DNA of 64,000 nucleotides from Eledone cirrhosa (lineage: Eukaryota), in the NCBI GenBank assembly GCA_964016885.1, contig OZ024744.1, positions 120,280,001 to 120,344,000 on the forward strand, in the 5' to 3' direction. Position 1 is the first letter of the stretch. Each line of letters begins with the position of its first letter. The position numbers were made by a program, and so were the translations under genes. Positions 11,298-26,040 of this stretch are shown one piece after another. The notes beneath the pieces are model-generated. The model was not told the DNA's origin. It saw only the letters and a program-made list of their open reading frames with translations, and searched no databases.

Positions 11298-14200
11298 ATT
11301 CTTTCCTGAGACATTCTAACCACATGTCACAGTATCAGAGCTGTGATCTCTCAATTCAGAGATTCGTTCCTGAGACATTCTAACCACATGTCATAGTATC
11401 AGAGCTGTGATATCTCAATTCAGAGATTCTTTCCTGAGATATTCTAACCACATGTCATAGTATCAGACCTGTCATCTCTCAATTCAGAGATTCTTTCCTG
11501 AGACATTCTAACCACATGTCATAGTATCAGAGCTGTGATTTCTTAATTTAGAGATTCTTTCATGAGATATTCTAACCACATGTCATAGTATCAGAGCTGT
11601 GATCTCAATTCAGAGATTCTTTCCTGAGAAATTCTAGCCACATGTCTGTAGTATCAGAGCTGTGATCTCTCAATTCAGAGATTCTTTCCTGAGACGTTCT
11701 AACTCCATGTCCACAGTATCACAGCTGTGATCTCTCAATTCAGAGATTCTTTCCTGAGACATTCTAACCACATGTCATAGTATGAGTGCTGTGATCTCTC
11801 AATTCAGATATTCTTTCCTAAGATATTCTGAACACATGTCATAGTATCAGAGCGGTGATCACTCAATTCAGAGATTCTTTCCTGGGATATTCTAACCACA
11901 TGTCATAGTATCAGAGCTGTGATCTCTCAATTCACAGATTCTTTCCTGAGACATTCTTACCACATGTCATAGTATCAGAGCTGTGATCTCTCAATTTAGA
12001 GATTCTTTCATGAGACATTCTAACCACATGTCATAGTATCAGAACTGTGGTCTCTCAATTCAGAGATTCTATCCTGAGACATTCTAACCACATGTCATAG
12101 TATCAGAGCTGTGATCTCTCAATTTAGAGATTCTTTCATGAGATATTCTAACCACATGTCATAGTATCAGATCTGTGATCTCTCAATTCAGAGATTCTTT
12201 GCTGAGATATTCTAACCACATGTCATAGTATCAGAGCTGTCATCTCTCAATTCAGAGATTCTTTCCTGAGACATTCTAACCACATGTCATAGTATCAGAG
12301 CTGTGATCTCTTAATTTAGAGATTCTTTCATGAGATAATCTAACCACATGTCATAGTATCAGAGCTGTGATCTCTCAATTCAGAGATTCTTTCCTGAGAC
12401 ATTCTAACCACATGTCATAGTATTAGAGCTGTGATCTCTCAATTCAGAGATTCTTTCCTGAGAAATTCTAACCCCATGTCTGTAGTATCAGAGCTGTGAT
12501 CTCTCAATTCAGAGATTATTTCCTGAGACATTCTAACTCCATGTCCACAGTATCAGAGCTGTGATCTCTCAATTCAGAGATTCTTTCCAGAGACGTTCTA
12601 ACCACATTTCATAGTATCAGTGCTGTGATCTCTCAATTCAGAGATTCTTTCATGAGATATTCTAACCACATGTCATAATATCAGAGCTGTGATCTCTCAA
12701 TTCAGAGAATCTTTCCTGGGATATTCTAACCACATGTCATAGTATCAGAGCTGTGATCTCTCAATTTAGAGATTCTTTCCTGAGTCATTCTAACCACATG
12801 TCATAGTATCAGATCTGTCATCTCTCAATTCAGAGATTCTTTCCTGAGACATTCTAACCACATGTCTGTAGTATCAGATCTGTGATCTCTCAATTCACAG
12901 ATTCTTTCCTGATACATTCTAACCACAAGTCATAGTATCAGATCTGTGATCTCTCAATTCACAGATTCTTTCCTGAGACATTCTAACCACGTCATAGTAT
13001 CAGAGCTGTGATATCTCAATTCAGAGATTCTTTCCTGAGATATTCTAACCACATGTCATAGTATCAGACCTGTCATCTCTCAATTCAGAGATTCTTTCCT
13101 GAGACATTCTAACCACATGTCATAGTATCAGAGCTGTGATTTCTTAATTTAGAGATTCTTTCATGAGATATTCTAACCACATGTCATAGTATCAGAGCTG
13201 TGATCTCAATTCAGAGATTCTTTCCTGAGAAATTCTAGCCACATGTCTGTAGTATCAGAGCTGTGATCTCTCAATTCAGAGATTCTTTCCTGAGACGTTC
13301 TAACTCCATGTCCACAGTATCACAGCTGTGATCTCTCAATTCAGAGATTCTTTCCTGAGACATTCTAACCACATGTCATAGTATGAGTGCTGTGATCTCT
13401 CAATTCAGATATTCTTTCCTAAGATATTCTGAACACATGTCATAGTATCAGAGCGGTGATCACTCAATTCAGAGATTCTTTCCTGGGATATTCTAACCAC
13501 ATGTCATAGTATCAGAGCTGTGATCTCTCAATTCAGATATTCTTTCCTAAATCATTCTAACCACATGTCATAGGATCAGATTTGTGATCTCTCAATTTAG
13601 AGATTCTTTCCTGAGATATTCTAACCACATGTCATAGTATCAGAGCTGTGATCTCTCAATTCACAGATTCTTTCCTGAGACATTCTTACCACATGTCATA
13701 GTATCAGAGCTGTGATCTCTCAATTTAGAGATTCTTTCATGAGACATTCTAACCACATGTCATAGTATCAGAACTGTGGTCTCTCAATTCAGAGATTCTA
13801 TCCTGAGACATTCTAACCACATGTCATAGTATCAGAGCTGTGATCTCTCAATTTAGAGATTCTTTCATGAGATATTCTAACCACATGTCATAGTATCAGA
13901 TCTGTGATCTCTCAATTCAGAGATTCTTTGCTGAGATATTCTAACCACATGTCATAGTATCAGAGCTGTCATCTCTAAATTCACAGATTCTTTCCTGAGA
14001 CATTCTAACCACATGTCATAGTATCAGAGCTGTGATCTCTTAATTTAGAGATTCTTTCATGAGATAATCTAACCACATGTCATAGTATCAGAGCTGTGAT
14101 CTCTCAATTCAGAGATTCTTTCCTGAGACATTCTAACCACATGTCATAGTATTAGAGCTGTGATCTCTCAATTCAGAGATTCTTTCCTGAGAAATTCTAA

Positions 14201-17200
14201 CCCCATGTCTGTAGTATCAGAGCTGTGATCTCTCAATTCAGAGATTATTTCCTGAGACATTCTAACTCCATGTCCACAGTATCAGAGCTGTGATCTCTCA
14301 ATTCAGAGATTCTCTCCAGAGACGTTCTAACCACATTTCATAGTATCAGTGCTGTGATCTCTCAATTCAGAGATTCTTTCATGAGATATTCTAACCACAT
14401 GTCATAATATCAGAGCTGTGATCTCTCAATTCAGAGATTCTTTCCTGGGATATTCTAACCACATGTCATAGTATCAGAGCTGTGATCTCTCAATTTAGAG
14501 ATTCTTTCCTGAGTCATTCTAACCACATGTCATAGTATCAGATCTGTCATCTCTCAATTCAGAGATTCTTTCCTGAGACATTCTAACCACATGTCTGTAG
14601 TATCAGATCTGTGATCTCTCAATTCACAGATTCTTTCCTGATACATTCTAACCACAAGTCATAGTATCAGAGCTGTGATCTCTCAATTCACAGATTCTTT
14701 CCTGAGACATTCTAACCACGTCATAGTATCAGAGCTGTGATATCTCAATTCAGAGATTCTTTCCTGAGACATTCTAATCCCATGTCATAGTATCAGAGCT
14801 GTGATCTCTCAATTTAGATATTCTTTCCTGAGATATTCTAACCACATATCATAGTATTAGAGCTGTGATCTCTCAATTCAGAGATTCATTCCTGAGACTT
14901 TCGAACCACATGTCTGTAGTATCAGAGCTGTGAACTCTCAATTCATAGATTCTTTCCTGGGACATTCTAACCACATGTAATAGTATCAGGGCTGTGATCT
15001 CTCAATTCACAGATTCTTTCCTGAGACATTCTAATCACATGTCACAGTATCAGAGCTGTGATCTCTCAATTCAGAGATTCTTTCCTGAGACATTCTAACC
15101 ACATGTCATTGTATCAGATCTGTGATATCTCAATTCAGAGATTCTTTCCTGAGATATTCTCACCACATGTCATAGTATCAGAGCTGTGATCTCTCAATTC
15201 AGAGATTCTTTCCTGAGACGTTCTAACTCCATGTCCAAAGTATCAGAGCTGTGATCTCTTATTTCAGAGATTCTTTCCTGAGACATTCTAACCTGATGTC
15301 ATAGTATCAGTGCTGTGATCTCTCAATTCAGATATTCTTTCCTGAGACATTCTAACCACATGTCATAGTATCAGAGCTGTGATCTCTCAATTCAGAGATT
15401 CTTTCCTGAGACATTCTTACCTCATGTCATAGTATAAGAGCTGTGATGTCTCAATTTAGAGATTCTTTCATGAGATATTCTAACCACATGTCATAGTATC
15501 AGAGCTCTGTGCTCTCAATTCAGAGATTCTATTCTGAGACATTCTAACCACATGTCATAGTATTAGAGCTGTGATCTTCCAATTCAGAGAATCTTTCCCG
15601 AGAAATTCTAACCACTAACCACATGTCTGTAGTATAAGAGCTGTGATCTCTCAATTCAGACGTTCTTTCCTGAGACATTCTGACTCCATGTCCACACTAT
15701 CAGAGCTGTGATCTCTCAATTCAGAGATTCTTTCCTGAGATATTCTAACCACATGTCATAGTATAAGAGCTTGGATCTCTCAATTCAGAGATTCTTTCCT
15801 GGTATATTCTAACCACGTGTAATAGTATCAGAGCTGTGATCTCTCAATTCAGATATTCTTTCTTAAAACATTCTAACCACATGTCATAGGATCAGAGTTG
15901 TGATCTCTCAAATCAGAGATTCTCTCCTGAGATATTCTAACCACATCTCATAGTATCAGAGCTGTGATCTCTCAATTCAGAGATTCTTTCCTGAGACATT
16001 CTAACCACATGTCATAGGATTAGATTTGTGATCTCTCAATTTAGAGATTCTTTCCTGAGATATTCTGACCACATGTCATAATATCAGAGCTGTGATCTCT
16101 CAAATCAGAGATTCTTTCCTGAGACATTCTAACCACATGTCATATCAGAGCTGTGATCTCTTAATTTAGAGATTCTTTCATGAGATAATCTAACCACATG
16201 TCATAGTATCAGAGCTGTGTACTCTCAATTCAGAGATTCTTTCCTGAGACATTCTAACCACATGTCATAGTATTAGAGCCGTGATCTCTCAATTCAGAGA
16301 TTCTTTCCTGAGAAATTCTAACCACATATCTGTAGTATCAGAGCTGTGATCTCTCAATTCAGAGATTATTTCCTGAGACATTCTAACTCCATGTCCACAG
16401 TATCAGAGCTGTGATCTCTCAATTCAGAGATTCTTTCCAGAGATGTTCTAACCACATGTCATAGTATCAGTGCTGTGATCTCTCAATTCAGAGATTCTTT
16501 CCTGGGATATTCTAACCACATGTCATAGTATCAGAGCTGTGATCTCTCAATTCAGATATTCTTTCCTGAGACATTCTAACCACATGTCACAGTATCAGAG
16601 CTGTGATCTCTCAATTCAGAGATTCGTTCCTGAGACATTCTAACCACATGTCATAGTATCAGAGCTGTGATATCTCAATTCAGAGATTCTTTCCTGAGAT
16701 ATTCTAACCACATGTCATAGTATCAGACCTGTCATCTCTCAATTCAGAGATTCTTTCCTGAGACATTCTAACCACATGTCATAGTATCAGAGCTGTGATT
16801 TCTTAATTTAGAGATTCTTTCATGAGATATTCTAACCACATGTCATAGTATCAGAGCTGTGATCTCAATTCAGAGATTCTTTCCTGAGAAATTCTAGCCA
16901 CATGTCTGTAGTATCAGAGCTGTGATCTCTCAATTCAGAGATTCTTTCCTGAGACGTTCTAACTCCATGTCCACAGTATCACAGCTGTGATCTCTCAATT
17001 CAGAGATTCTTTCCTGAGACATTCTAACCACATGTCATAGTATGAGTGCTGTGATCTCTCAATTCAGATATTCTTTCCTAAGATATTCTGAACACATGTC
17101 ATAGTATCAGAGCGGTGATCACTCAATTCAGAGATTCTTTCCTGGGATATTCTAACCACATGTCATAGTATCAGAGCTGTGATCTCTCAATTCACAGATT

Positions 17201-20200
17201 CTTTCCTGAGACATTCTTACCACATGTCATAGTATCAGAGCTGTGATCTCTCAATTTAGAGATTCTTTCATGAGACATTCTAACCACATGTCATAGTATC
17301 AGAACTGTGGTCTCTCAATTCAGAGATTCTATCCTGAGACATTCTAACCACATGTCATAGTATCAGAGCTGTGATCTCTCAATTTAGAGATTCTTTCATG
17401 AGATATTCTAACCACATGTCATAGTATCAGATCTGTGATCTCTCAATTCAGAGATTCTTTGCTGAGATATTCTAACCACATGTCATAGTATCAGAGCTGT
17501 CATCTCTCAATTCAGAGATTCTTTCCTGAGACATTCTAACCACATGTCATAGTATCAGAGCTGTGATCTCTTAATTTAGAGATTCTTTCATGAGATAATC
17601 TAACCACATGTCATAGTATCAGAGCTGTGATCTCTCAATTCAGAGATTCTTTCCTGAGACATTCTAACCACATGTCATAGTATTAGAGCTGTGATCTCTC
17701 AATTCAGAGATTCTTTCCTGAGAAATTCTAACCCCATGTCTGTAGTATCAGAGCTGTGATCTCTCAATTCAGAGATTATTTCCTGAGACATTCTAACTCC
17801 ATGTCCACAGTATCAGAGCTGTGATCTCTCAATTCAGAGATTCTTTCCAGAGACGTTCTAACCACATTTCATAGTATCAGTGCTGTGATCTCTCAATTCA
17901 GAGATTCTTTCATGAGATATTCTAACCACATGTCATAATATCAGAGCTGTGATCTCTCAATTCAGAGAATCTTTCCTGGGATATTCTAACCACATGTCAT
18001 AGTATCAGAGCTGTGATCTCTCAATTTAGAGATTCTTTCCTGAGTCATTCTAACCACATGTCATAGTATCAGATCTGTCATCTCTCAATTCAGAGATTCT
18101 TTCCTGAGACATTCTAACCACATGTCTGTAGTATCAGATCTGTGATCTCTCAATTCACAGATTCTTTCCTGATACATTCTAACCACAAGTCATAGTATCA
18201 GAGCTGTGATCTCTCAATTCACAGATTCTTTCCTGAGACATTCTAACCACGTCATAGTATCAGAGCTGTGATATCTCAATTCAGAGATTCTTTCCTGAGA
18301 TATTCTAACCACATGTCATAGTATCAGACCTGTCATCTCTCAATTCAGAGATTCTTTCCTGAGACATTCTAACCACATGTCATAGTATCAGAGCTGTGAT
18401 TTCTTAATTTAGAGATTCTTTCATGAGATATTCTAACCACATGTCATAGTATCAGAGCTGTGATCTCAATTCAGAGATTCTTTCCTGAGAAATTCTAGCC
18501 ACATGTCTGTAGTATCAGAGCTGTGATCTCTCAATTCAGAGATTCTTTCCTGAGACGTTCTAACTCCATGTCCACAGTATCACAGCTGTGATCTCTCAAT
18601 TCAGAGATTCTTTCCTGAGACATTCTAACCACATGTCATAGTATGAGTGCTGTGATCTCTCAATTCAGATATTCTTTCCTAAGATATTCTGAACACATGT
18701 CATAGTATCAGAGCGGTGATCACTCAATTCAGAGATTCTTTCCTGGGATATTCTAACCACATGTCATAGTATCAGAGCTGTGATCTCTCAATTCAGATAT
18801 TCTTTCCTAAATCATTCTAACCACATGTCATAGGATCAGATTTGTGATCTCTCAATTTAGAGATTCTTTCCTGAGATATTCTAACCACATGTCATAGTAT
18901 CAGAGCTGTGATCTCTCAATTCACAGATTCTTTCCTGAGACATTCTTACCACATGTCATAGTATCAGAGCTGTGATCTCTCAATTTAGAGATTCTTTCAT
19001 GAGACATTCTAACCACATGTCATAGTATCAGAACTGTGGTCTCTCAATTCAGAGATTCTATCCTGAGACATTCTAACCACATGTCATAGTATCAGAGCTG
19101 TGATCTCTCAATTTAGAGATTCTTTCATGAGATATTCTAACCACATGTCATAGTATCAGATCTGTGATCTCTCAATTCAGAGATTCTTTGCTGAGATATT
19201 CTAACCACATGTCATAGTATCAGAGCTGTCATCTCTAAATTCACAGATTCTTTCCTGAGACATTCTAACCACATGTCATAGTATCAGAGCTGTGATCTCT
19301 TAATTTAGAGATTCTTTCATGAGATAATCTAACCACATGTCATAGTATCAGAGCTGTGATCTCTCAATTCAGAGATTCTTTCCTGAGACATTCTAACCAC
19401 ATGTCATAGTATTAGAGCTGTGATCTCTCAATTCAGAGATTCTTTCCTGAGAAATTCTAACCCCATGTCTGTAGTATCAGAGCTGTGATCTCTCAATTCA
19501 GAGATTATTTCCTGAGACATTCTAACTCCATGTCCACAGTATCAGAGCTGTGATCTCTCAATTCAGAGATTCTCTCCAGAGACGTTCTAACCACATTTCA
19601 TAGTATCAGTGCTGTGATCTCTCAATTCAGAGATTCTTTCATGAGATATTCTAACCACATGTCATAATATCAGAGCTGTGATCTCTCAATTCAGAGATTC
19701 TTTCCTGGGATATTCTAACCACATGTCATAGTATCAGAGCTGTGATCTCTCAATTTAGAGATTCTTTCCTGAGTCATTCTAACCACATGTCATAGTATCA
19801 GATCTGTCATCTCTCAATTCAGAGATTCTTTCCTGAGACATTCTAACCACATGTCTGTAGTATCAGATCTGTGATCTCTCAATTCACAGATTCTTTCCTG
19901 ATACATTCTAACCACAAGTCATAGTATCAGAGCTGTGATCTCTCAATTCACAGATTCTTTCCTGAGACATTCTAACCACGTCATAGTATCAGAGCTGTGA
20001 TATCTCAATTCAGAGATTCTTTCCTGAGACATTCTAATCCCATGTCATAGTATCAGAGCTGTGATCTCTCAATTTAGATATTCTTTCCTGAGATATTCTA
20101 ACCACATATCATAGTATTAGAGCTGTGATCTCTCAATTCAGAGATTCATTCCTGAGACTTTCGAACCACATGTCTGTAGTATCAGAGCTGTGAACTCTCA

Positions 20201-21835
20201 ATTCATAGATTCTTTCCTGGGACATTCTAACCACATGTAATAGTATCAGGGCTGTGATCTCTCAATTCACAGATTCTTTCCTGAGACATTCTAATCACAT
20301 GTCACAGTATCAGAGCTGTGATCTCTCAATTCAGAGATTCTTTCCTGAGACATTCTAACCACATGTCATTGTATCAGATCTGTGATATCTCAATTCAGAG
20401 ATTCTTTCCTGAGATATTCTCACCACATGTCATAGTATCAGAGCTGTGATCTCTCAATTCAGAGATTCTTTCCTGAGACGTTCTAACTCCATGTCCAAAG
20501 TATCAGAGCTGTGATCTCTTATTTCAGAGATTCTTTCCTGAGACATTCTAACCTGATGTCATAGTATCAGTGCTGTGATCTCTCAATTCAGATATTCTTT
20601 CCTGAGACATTCTAACCACATGTCATAGTATCAGAGCTGTGATCTCTCAATTCAGAGATTCTTTCCTGAGACATTCTTACCTCATGTCATAGTATAAGAG
20701 CTGTGATGTCTCAATTTAGAGATTCTTTCATGAGATATTCTAACCACATGTCATAGTATCAGAGCTCTGTGCTCTCAATTCAGAGATTCTATTCTGAGAC
20801 ATTCTAACCACATGTCATAGTATTAGAGCTGTGATCTTCCAATTCAGAGAATCTTTCCCGAGAAATTCTAACCACTAACCACATGTCTGTAGTATAAGAG
20901 CTGTGATCTCTCAATTCAGACGTTCTTTCCTGAGACATTCTGACTCCATGTCCACACTATCAGAGCTGTGATCTCTCAATTCAGAGATTCTTTCCTGAGA
21001 TATTCTAACCACATGTCATAGTATAAGAGCTTGGATCTCTCAATTCAGAGATTCTTTCCTGGTATATTCTAACCACGTGTAATAGTATCAGAGCTGTGAT
21101 CTCTCAATTCAGATATTCTTTCTTAAAACATTCTAACCACATGTCATAGGATCAGAGTTGTGATCTCTCAAATCAGAGATTCTCTCCTGAGATATTCTAA
21201 CCACATCTCATAGTATCAGAGCTGTGATCTCTCAATTCAGAGATTCTTTCCTGAGACATTCTAACCACATGTCATAGGATTAGATTTGTGATCTCTCAAT
21301 TTAGAGATTCTTTCCTGAGATATTCTGACCACATGTCATAATATCAGAGCTGTGATCTCTCAAATCAGAGATTCTTTCCTGAGACATTCTAACCACATGT
21401 CATATCAGAGCTGTGATCTCTTAATTTAGAGATTCTTTCATGAGATAATCTAACCACATGTCATAGTATCAGAGCTGTGTACTCTCAATTCAGAGATTCT
21501 TTCCTGAGACATTCTAACCACATGTCATAGTATTAGAGCCGTGATCTCTCAATTCAGAGATTCTTTCCTGAGAAATTCTAACCACATATCTGTAGTATCA
21601 GAGCTGTGATCTCTCAATTCAGAGATTATTTCCTGAGACATTCTAACTCCATGTCCACAGTATCAGAGCTGTGATCTCTCAATTCAGAGATTCTTTCCAG
21701 AGATGTTCTAACCACATGTCATAGTATCAGTGCTGTGATCTCTCAATTCAGAGATTCTTTCCTGGGATATTCTAACCACATGTCATAGTATCAGAGCTGT
21801 GATCTCTCAATTCAGATATTCTTTCCTGAGACATT
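11298..21835. repeat. Tandem higher-order duplication, period 5260 bp (82 monomers), two near-identical copies
   Basis: GATTCGTTCC at 11361 and 16621, and AGAAATTCTAACCACTAACC at 15601 and 20861, are both offset by 5260. Confidence 0.93.
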
Positions 21836-24800
21836 TTAACCACATGTCATACGATTAGATTTGTGATCTCTCAATTCAGAGATTCTTTCCTGGGACATTC
21901 TAACCACATGTCATAGTATTAGAGCTGTGATCTCTCAATTCAGAGATTCTTTCCTGAGACATTCTAACCACATGTCATAGTATCAGAGCTGTCATCTCTC
22001 AATTCAGAAATTCTTTCCTGAGACATTCTAACCACATGTCATAGTATCAGAGCTGTGATCTCTCAATTTAGATATTCTTTCCTGAGATATTCTAACCACA
22101 TGTCATAGTATTAGAGCTGTGATCTCTCAATTCAGAGATTCTTTCCTGAGACATTCTAACCACATGTCTGTAGTATCAGAGCTGTATGCTCTCAATTCAG
22201 AGATTCTTTCCTGAGACATTCGAACCACATGTCATAGTATTGGAGCTGTGATCTCTCAATTCAGAGATTCTTTCCTGAGACATTCTAAACACATGTCATA
22301 GTATCAGAGCTGTGATATCTCAATTCAGAGATTCTTTCCTGAGATATTCTAACCACATGTCATAGTATCAGAGCTGTGATCTCTCAATTCAGAGATTCTT
22401 TCTTGAGACATTCTAACTCCATGTCCACAGTGTCTGAGCTGTGAACTCTCAATTCAGAGATTCTTTCCTCAGACATTCTAACCACATCACATAGTATCAG
22501 AGCTGTGATCTCTCTATTCAGAGATTCTTTCCTGAGACATTCTAACCACATCTCATAGTATCAGATCTGTGATCTCTCAATTCAGAGATTCTTTCCTGAG
22601 ATATTCTAACCACATGTCATAGTATTAGAGCTGTGATATCTCAATTCAGAGATTCTTTCCTGAGACATTCTAACCACATGTCATAGTATCAGAGCTGTGA
22701 TCTCTCAATTTAGAGATTCTTTCCTGAGACATTCTAACCGCGTCATAGTATCAGAGCTGTGATATCTCAATTCAGAGATTCTTTCCTGAGACATTCTAAT
22801 CACATGTCAAAGTATCAGAGCTGTGATCTCTCAATTTAGATATTCTTTCCTGAGATATTCTAACCACATGTCATAGTATTAGAGCTGTGATCTCTCAATT
22901 CAGAGATTCGTTCCTGAGACATTCTAACCACATGTCATAGTATCAGAGCTGTGATATCTCAATTCAGAGATTCTTTCCTGAGATATTCTAACCACATGTC
23001 ATAGTATCAGACCTGTCATCTCTCAATTCAGAGATTCTGTCCTGAGACATTCTAACCACATGTCATAGTATCAGAGCTGTGATTTCTTAATTTAGAGATA
23101 CTTTCATGAGATATTCTAACCACATGTCATAGTATCAGAGCTGTGATCTCTCAATTCAGAGATTCTTTCCTGAGAAATTCTAGCCACATGTCTGTAGTAT
23201 CAGAGCTGTGATCTCTCAATTCAGAGATTCTTTCCTGAGACGTTCTAACCACATGTCATAGTATTAGAGCTGTGATCTTCCAATTCAGAGAATCTTTCCC
23301 GAGAAATTCTAACCACTAACCACATGTCTGTAGTATAAGAGCTGTGATCTCTCAATTCAGACGTTCTTTCCTGAGACATTCTGACTCCATGTCCACACTA
23401 TCAGAGCTGTGATCTCTCAATTCAGAGATTCTTTCCTGAGATATTCTAACCACATGTCATAGTATAAGAGCTTGGATCTCTCAATTCAGAGATTCTTTCC
23501 TGGTATATTCTAACCACGTGTAATAGTATCAGAGCTGTGATCTCTCAATTCAGATATTCTTTCTTAAAACATTCTAACCACATGTCATAGGATCAGAGTT
23601 GTGATCTCTCAAATCAGAGATTCTCTCCTGAGATATTCTAACCACATCTCATAGTATCAGAGCTGTGATCTCTCAATTCAGAGATTCTTTCCTGAGACAT
23701 TCTAACCACATGTCATAGGATTAGATTTGTGATCTCTCAATTTAGAGATTCTTTCCTGAGATATTCTGACCACATGTCATAATATCAGAGCTGTGATCTC
23801 TCAAATCAGAGATTCTTTCCTGAGACATTCTAACCACATGTCATATCAGAGCTGTGATCTCTTAATTTAGAGATTCTTTCATGAGATAATCTAACCACAT
23901 GTCATAGTATCAGAGCTGTGTACTCTCAATTCAGAGATTCTTTCCTGAGACATTCTAACCACATGTCATAGTATTAGAGCCGTGATCTCTCAATTCAGAG
24001 ATTCTTTCCTGAGAAATTCTAACCACATATCTGTAGTATCAGAGCTGTGATCTCTCAATTCAGAGATTATTTCCTGAGACATTCTAACTCCATGTCCACA
24101 GTATCAGAGCTGTGATCTCTCAATTCAGAGATTCTTTCCAGAGATGTTCTAACCACATGTCATAGTATCAGTGCTGTGATCTCTCAATTCAGAGATTCTT
24201 TCCTGGGATATTCTAACCACATGTCATAGTATCAGAGCTGTGATCTCTCAATTCAGATATTCTTTCCTGAGACATTTTAACCACATGTCATACGATTAGA
24301 TTTGTGATCTCTCAATTCAGAGATTCTTTCCTGGGACATTCTAACCACATGTCATAGTATTAGAGCTGTGATCTCTCAATTCAGAGATTCTTTCCTGAGA
24401 CATTCTAACCACATGTCATAGTATCAGAGCTGTCATCTCTCAATTCAGAAATTCTTTCCTGAGACATTCTAACCACATGTCATAGTATCAGAGCTGTGAT
24501 CTCTCAATTTAGATATTCTTTCCTGAGATATTCTAACCACATGTCATAGTATTAGAGCTGTGATCTCTCAATTCAGAGATTCTTTCCTGAGACATTCTAA
24601 CCACATGTCTGTAGTATCAGAGCTGTATGCTCTCAATTCAGAGATTCTTTCCTGAGACATTCGAACCACATGTCATAGTATTGGAGCTGTGATCTCTCAA
24701 TTCAGAGATTCTTTCCTGAGACATTCTAAACACATGTCATAGTATCAGAGCTGTGATATCTCAATTCAGAGATTCTTTCCTGAGATATTCTAACCACATG

Positions 24801-25690
24801 TCATAGTATCAGAGCTGTGATCTCTCAATTCAGAGATTCTTTCTTGAGACATTCTAACTCCATGTCCACAGTGTCTGAGCTGTGAACTCTCAATTCAGAG
24901 ATTCTTTCCTCAGACATTCTAACCACATCACATAGTATCAGAGCTGTGATCTCTCTATTCAGAGATTCTTTCCTGAGACATTCTAACCACATCTCATAGT
25001 ATCAGATCTGTGATCTCTCAATTCAGAGATTCTTTCCTGAGATATTCTAACCACATGTCATAGTATTAGAGCTGTGATATCTCAATTCAGAGATTCTTTC
25101 CTGAGACATTCTAACCACATGTCATAGTATCAGAGCTGTGATCTCTCAATTTAGAGATTCTTTCCTGAGACATTCTAACCGCGTCATAGTATCAGAGCTG
25201 TGATATCTCAATTCAGAGATTCTTTCCTGAGACATTCTAATCACATGTCAAAGTATCAGAGCTGTGATCTCTCAATTTAGATATTCTTTCCTGAGATATT
25301 CTAACCACATGTCATAGTATTAGAGCTGTGATCTTTCAATTCAGAGATTCGTTCCTGAGACATTCTAACCACATGTCATAGTATCAGAGCTGTGATATCT
25401 CAATTCAGAGATTCTTTCCTGAGATATTCTAACCACATGTCATAGTATCAGACCTGTCATCTCTCAATTCAGAGATTCTGTCCTGAGACATTCTAACCAC
25501 ATGTCATAGTATCAGAGCTGTGATTTCTTAATTTAGAGATACTTTCATGAGATATTCTAACCACATGTCATAGTATCAGAGCTGTGATCTCTCAATTCAG
25601 AGATTCTTTCCTGAGAAATTCTAGCCACATGTCTGTAGTATCAGAGCTGTGATCTCTCAATTCAGAGATTCTTTCCTGAGACGTTCTAAC
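20802..25690. repeat. Tandem higher-order duplication, period 2441 bp (38 monomers)
   Basis: The 7-bp-duplication monomer lies at 20861 and 23302, and ACGATTAGA at 21851 and 24292. Both are offset by 2441. Confidence 0.92.
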
Positions 25691-26040
25691 TCCATGTCCA
25701 CAGTATCACAGTTGTGATCTCTCAATTCAGAGATTCTTTCCTGAGACATTCTAACCACATGTCATAGTATGAGTGCTGTGATCTCTCAATTCAGATATTC
25801 TTTCCTAAGATATTCTGAACATATGTCATAGTATCAGAGCGGTGATCACTCAATTCAGAGATTCTTTCCTGGGATATTCTAACCACATGTCATAGTATCA
25901 GAGCTGTGATCTCTCAATTCAGATATTCTTTCCTAAAACATTCTAACCACATGCCATAGGATCTGATTTGTGATCTCTCAATTTAGAGATTCTTTCCTGA
26001 GATATTCTAACCACATCTCATAGGATCAGAGCTGTGATCT

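Noticed and set aside
480-25690. A canonical 38-monomer HOR (periods 2435 and 2441 are both 38-mers)
   Set aside because: The two 38-mers have different monomer content and each has only two tandem copies, so the shared size is probably coincidence.
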